Of a stretch of DNA of 64,000 nt, positions 61,446-64,000 are shown in pieces. The stretch covers positions 9,920,001 through 9,984,000 of the forward strand of contig JBHGNT010000020.1 of NCBI GenBank assembly GCA_043228905.1. The letters are read 5' to 3'. Position 1 is the first letter of the stretch, and each line of letters opens with the position of its first letter. The DNA comes from Azolla caroliniana. Its lineage: Eukaryota > Plantae > Polypodiophyta. The notes under the pieces were generated by a model. It was not told where the DNA came from. It did not search any database and saw only the letters and a program-made list of their open reading frames with translations. Both the position numbers and the translations under genes were made by a program.

Positions 61446-62095
61446 AATGTAAATATTGTATGTTACATCAATATGGCGATATTTCACGTGTCGATTATTA
61501 GGGGCATTTTTTGAAAGCCCTAAATTTTGGGACATGGTATAAATCAATATATTTTGATTCAATTTCCAAAACCCTTTACGCATGTGATGTTCCTTTTTGT
61601 GAAATGACCTACTTTGTGCCTTTTTTGGACGAACTGTTCTTAAATTGCGACATATTACCTGTTTCAAATGACGCGGTGTTTCGACCAAATCGAAGACCAA
61701 ACCAAACCAAACCACTTTTCGGCATCCGGAAGTTGCGTTTGAAGGGGCGTGTTGAGAATCAAACTCGACTTCCCTAGTGTGTGAACACCCCACCACCTAC
61801 AATAGTAACTAGTGTGTCATAGAATCTTATAGTTCTATGACACATATTTAGTGTAGTTAAGTCTTAACCTCCCTTTAGTTAAGAGGTGGTTGTAGAAAGA
61901 GAATATAAGGAGAATGTGACTATATAAGCACCTTCCCACCTTATTTGTAACAATTGGTCATCCTTGCAATCTTCCTTTTAATAATATAGTCTTTACTTGT
62001 TTTCTGTATACTCAAGCTCTCTCTCTCTCAGACACACACACACATACACACATCTCTTCTGTTGCAGATACTCACTCTCGGTTCTTTACATTCTT

Positions 62096-63090
62096 TAAAA
62101 TGTCATCTAAATGAGGAGTTGCATCTTGCAATGTTCTCTCATATGTCCAAGTTAGTTAATTATTATAATTGACCTCTATTGATGCATACTCAAATATTTG
62201 ATTAGAACTTTATATTGTCATCATGACATATATAATGAAATTAATTAGTTCTCAAGAGATGGTCGGCAACATGGTGTTGCCATGACATGATAAAAAATTA
62301 TTGTTCTTTAAATGTCATCTAAATGAGGGGTTGCATCTTTGAATGTTCTCTCATATAAGCATAGATTGACACATGCGTGATATTCGCAATATTCGAGCAT
62401 AATAAATGGCCCAAGAATATTATAAAACCATTTGTTTTGCAAAATAAATTTATTAATTCAATGAAAAAAGAACAAAAAACGAACAAAAAACGAACACTTT
62501 CACATCTGTTATGAAATCCACATAAAGAAAATCCAAACTAGCTTGCCTTGTTTCTTACTTCTTACTCAATTTATAATTGATACATAGATACCCATTTGGG
62601 TTAGTTTGGTTACATGTGTGCTAAAAAGGTGGCACAAAGGTACACGACAACATGAAGGTAAATCATACTATTATAAAAATATTATTAGTGTCAAGTCCCC
62701 TTTTTTTTTGTCAAGTAAAAATATCCATTGGGAGACTAAAAAGGAGGGAGTTTATGAACCTTTTTTTTAGCGAATACTTTTTCATACATTCGTATTCTTA
62801 TTCATATGCATTCTTGGGGGAGGCCCCACGAATGCGAATATGTCAATCTATGTGTCCAAGTAGGTTAATTTATAATAATCGACCTCTATTGATGCATACA
62901 TGAATATTTTAGCAGAACTTTAATTAATGAATTCAATGTGTTGTTAAGAGATGCTTGGCAACATGGTGTGATTATCACAAGGTACAAAATTATTGTTCTT
63001 TAAATGTCCTCGAAACGAAGGGTTGCATCTTGGAATGTTCTCTCATATAACCAAGTTAATTTATAATAAGTGGACCTTTATTGATCAACT
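62096..63090 (+). repeat. Degenerate ~200-bp repeat family (units near 62096, 62253-62357 and 62880-63090; also 22860-22919 and 27902-27970)
   Basis: Recurring CAAGAGATG..GGCAACATGGTG..ATTATTGTTCTTTAAATGTC..GTTGCATCTT..AATGTTCTCTCATAT. Confidence 0.75.
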
Positions 63091-63129
63091 AAAATCTTCT
63101 ACTTTGTTTGTAGACAAGGCTCACATATT

Positions 63130-63618
63130 TAGCAATGGGCACGGTTCGGTTTCAAGGCAAAGAAACCAAACCAAACCGTTTATGAACTCTCAGTATTTAA
63201 ACCAAACCATTTAAGAAAAAGTTTAAACCAAACCGTTTAGGGAAAAGTTTAAACCAAACCGAACCATTTAATAAAAAATTTAAACCTAACCACTTAAGTC
63301 AAACTAGTTAATCATCTAAAGAAACAAAAATACATTAAATTAAATAAGCATTTAAGTTAAATTTATTAAATCAATAAAAAACCATTAATTAAACCATTAC
63401 ATCAATAAACTATTAAGGTAAAAAAAAAATTAACCAAAAACCTATAAACCTTTAAACCAAACTTGTAAAACTATAAACCTGAGTTTTAGAACCGAAACCA
63501 AACCGTTTATTGAGAATCCAAACCAAACCAAACCACTAATTTTTTTTGGAACCAATAAACCGTTAAACCATGGCTTAATGATTCGGTTCGGTTTGAGCCG
63601 AAACCGTGCCCATTGCTA
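63130..63618. mobile_element. Non-autonomous hAT element (MITE), 489 bp
   Basis: 17-bp TIR TAGCAATGGGCACGGTT / AACCGTGCCCATTGCTA; perfect 8-bp TSD CACATATT (63122-63129, 63619-63626); many subterminal AAACC(G) motifs; no ORF. Confidence 0.93.
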
Positions 63619-64000
63619 CACATATTCATGTATGATCCTTGTCATGTCCGAAGGGGGGTGTCTTTGTTAGATGTTGCATCATGGATGCCTCACCAAATGG
63701 GTAAAATGTTAACTCCAATAATGTTTGAGGTAGGATGACAATGATGACAAACTAATAAGGGCACAAGAGTGGCATGTCCAACCACAAACATGGTCTACGA
63801 GTTGGATATTGATCATAAAATGTTACTCTTGGAAGCATGTGTACTAATTACTAACTAGGAATGAGGCCCCACCTCTTTTAATGAGGTTTCGCACGCTTAT
63901 CGTATGTGGGTTCAGATTTGTCGAGGCTTTTCCAACTGGGGGCATAAGAGTACATAGCTACACACCCAAACAAAACAACGATTCATTGTTGTTAAAGGAA

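Larger units (their letters stand above)
45670..61682. mobile_element. Outer TIR DNA transposon (transposase + ParB-methyltransferase family), inserted in the copia 3' UTR
   Basis: TIR core CACCGGGTCATTTAGAAAAGGTAATATGTCGCA (45674-45706) versus 61646-61678: 29/33 identical as an inverted repeat, extending outward through TCGAAA/TTTCGA. Copia 3' UTR-like sequence lies on both sides. Confidence 0.85.
27971..62090 (+). mobile_element. Host Ty1/copia element of a 34-kb nest; LTRs 27971-28324 and 61750-62090; TSD TTCTT; own coding pieces ~28480-30423, 34298-34954, 40004-40540, 44454-45570
   Basis: Matching LTRs; PBS TGGTATCAGAG at 28325; PPT TTGAAGGGGCG; TSD at 27966-27970 and 62091-62095. The gag-PR-IN-RT-RH sequence resumes correctly across each nested insertion. 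Confidence 0.93.

Noticed and set aside
45674-61678. CACTA/Transib-type element, suggested by the CACC...GGTG core
   Set aside because: There is no TSD at those boundaries, the inverted match extends further out, the inner relative has different termini, and the transposase lacks recognisable CACTA motifs.
45670-61682. Bacterial or phage contamination as the source of the methyltransferase
   Set aside because: The gene has spliceosomal introns and a TATA box, and it is nested inside a plant copia element with a matching LTR pair and TSD.

Overview
Eukaryotic land-plant nuclear DNA, probably a non-seed plant such as a fern, lycophyte or moss (inferred from Tcn1-like self-priming chromoviruses). 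It is mostly nested transposons around one intact host gene: an 8-exon plastid-type rhomboid protease (RBL11-like, 18135-22225, one GC-AG intron). From left to right: a tRNA-Trp-primed Ty3/gypsy element inserted in a Ty1/copia RT; a Tcn1-like chromovirus inserted in that copia's 3' LTR; a three-LTR copia structure inside a LINE remnant; a solo LTR; the rhomboid gene; a LINE; a 34-kb nest bounded by one copia element (27971-62090, TSD TTCTT); and a hAT MITE. The most striking item lies inside that nest. Two related TIR DNA transposons, one inserted in the other (about 45670-61682 and 49077-58785), each carry an RNase H-fold transposase and, head-to-head with it, an intron-containing gene. That gene fuses a ParB/Srx-like domain to a bacterial/phage-type beta-class DNA amino-methyltransferase (DIPY ... 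DLFxGxG). In the inner copy, intron 1 holds a 51-bp-period array of a perfect 25-bp palindrome, and a 5S rRNA promoter fragment sits just past the transposase 3' end. All domain calls come from motif recognition by eye; no searches were run.
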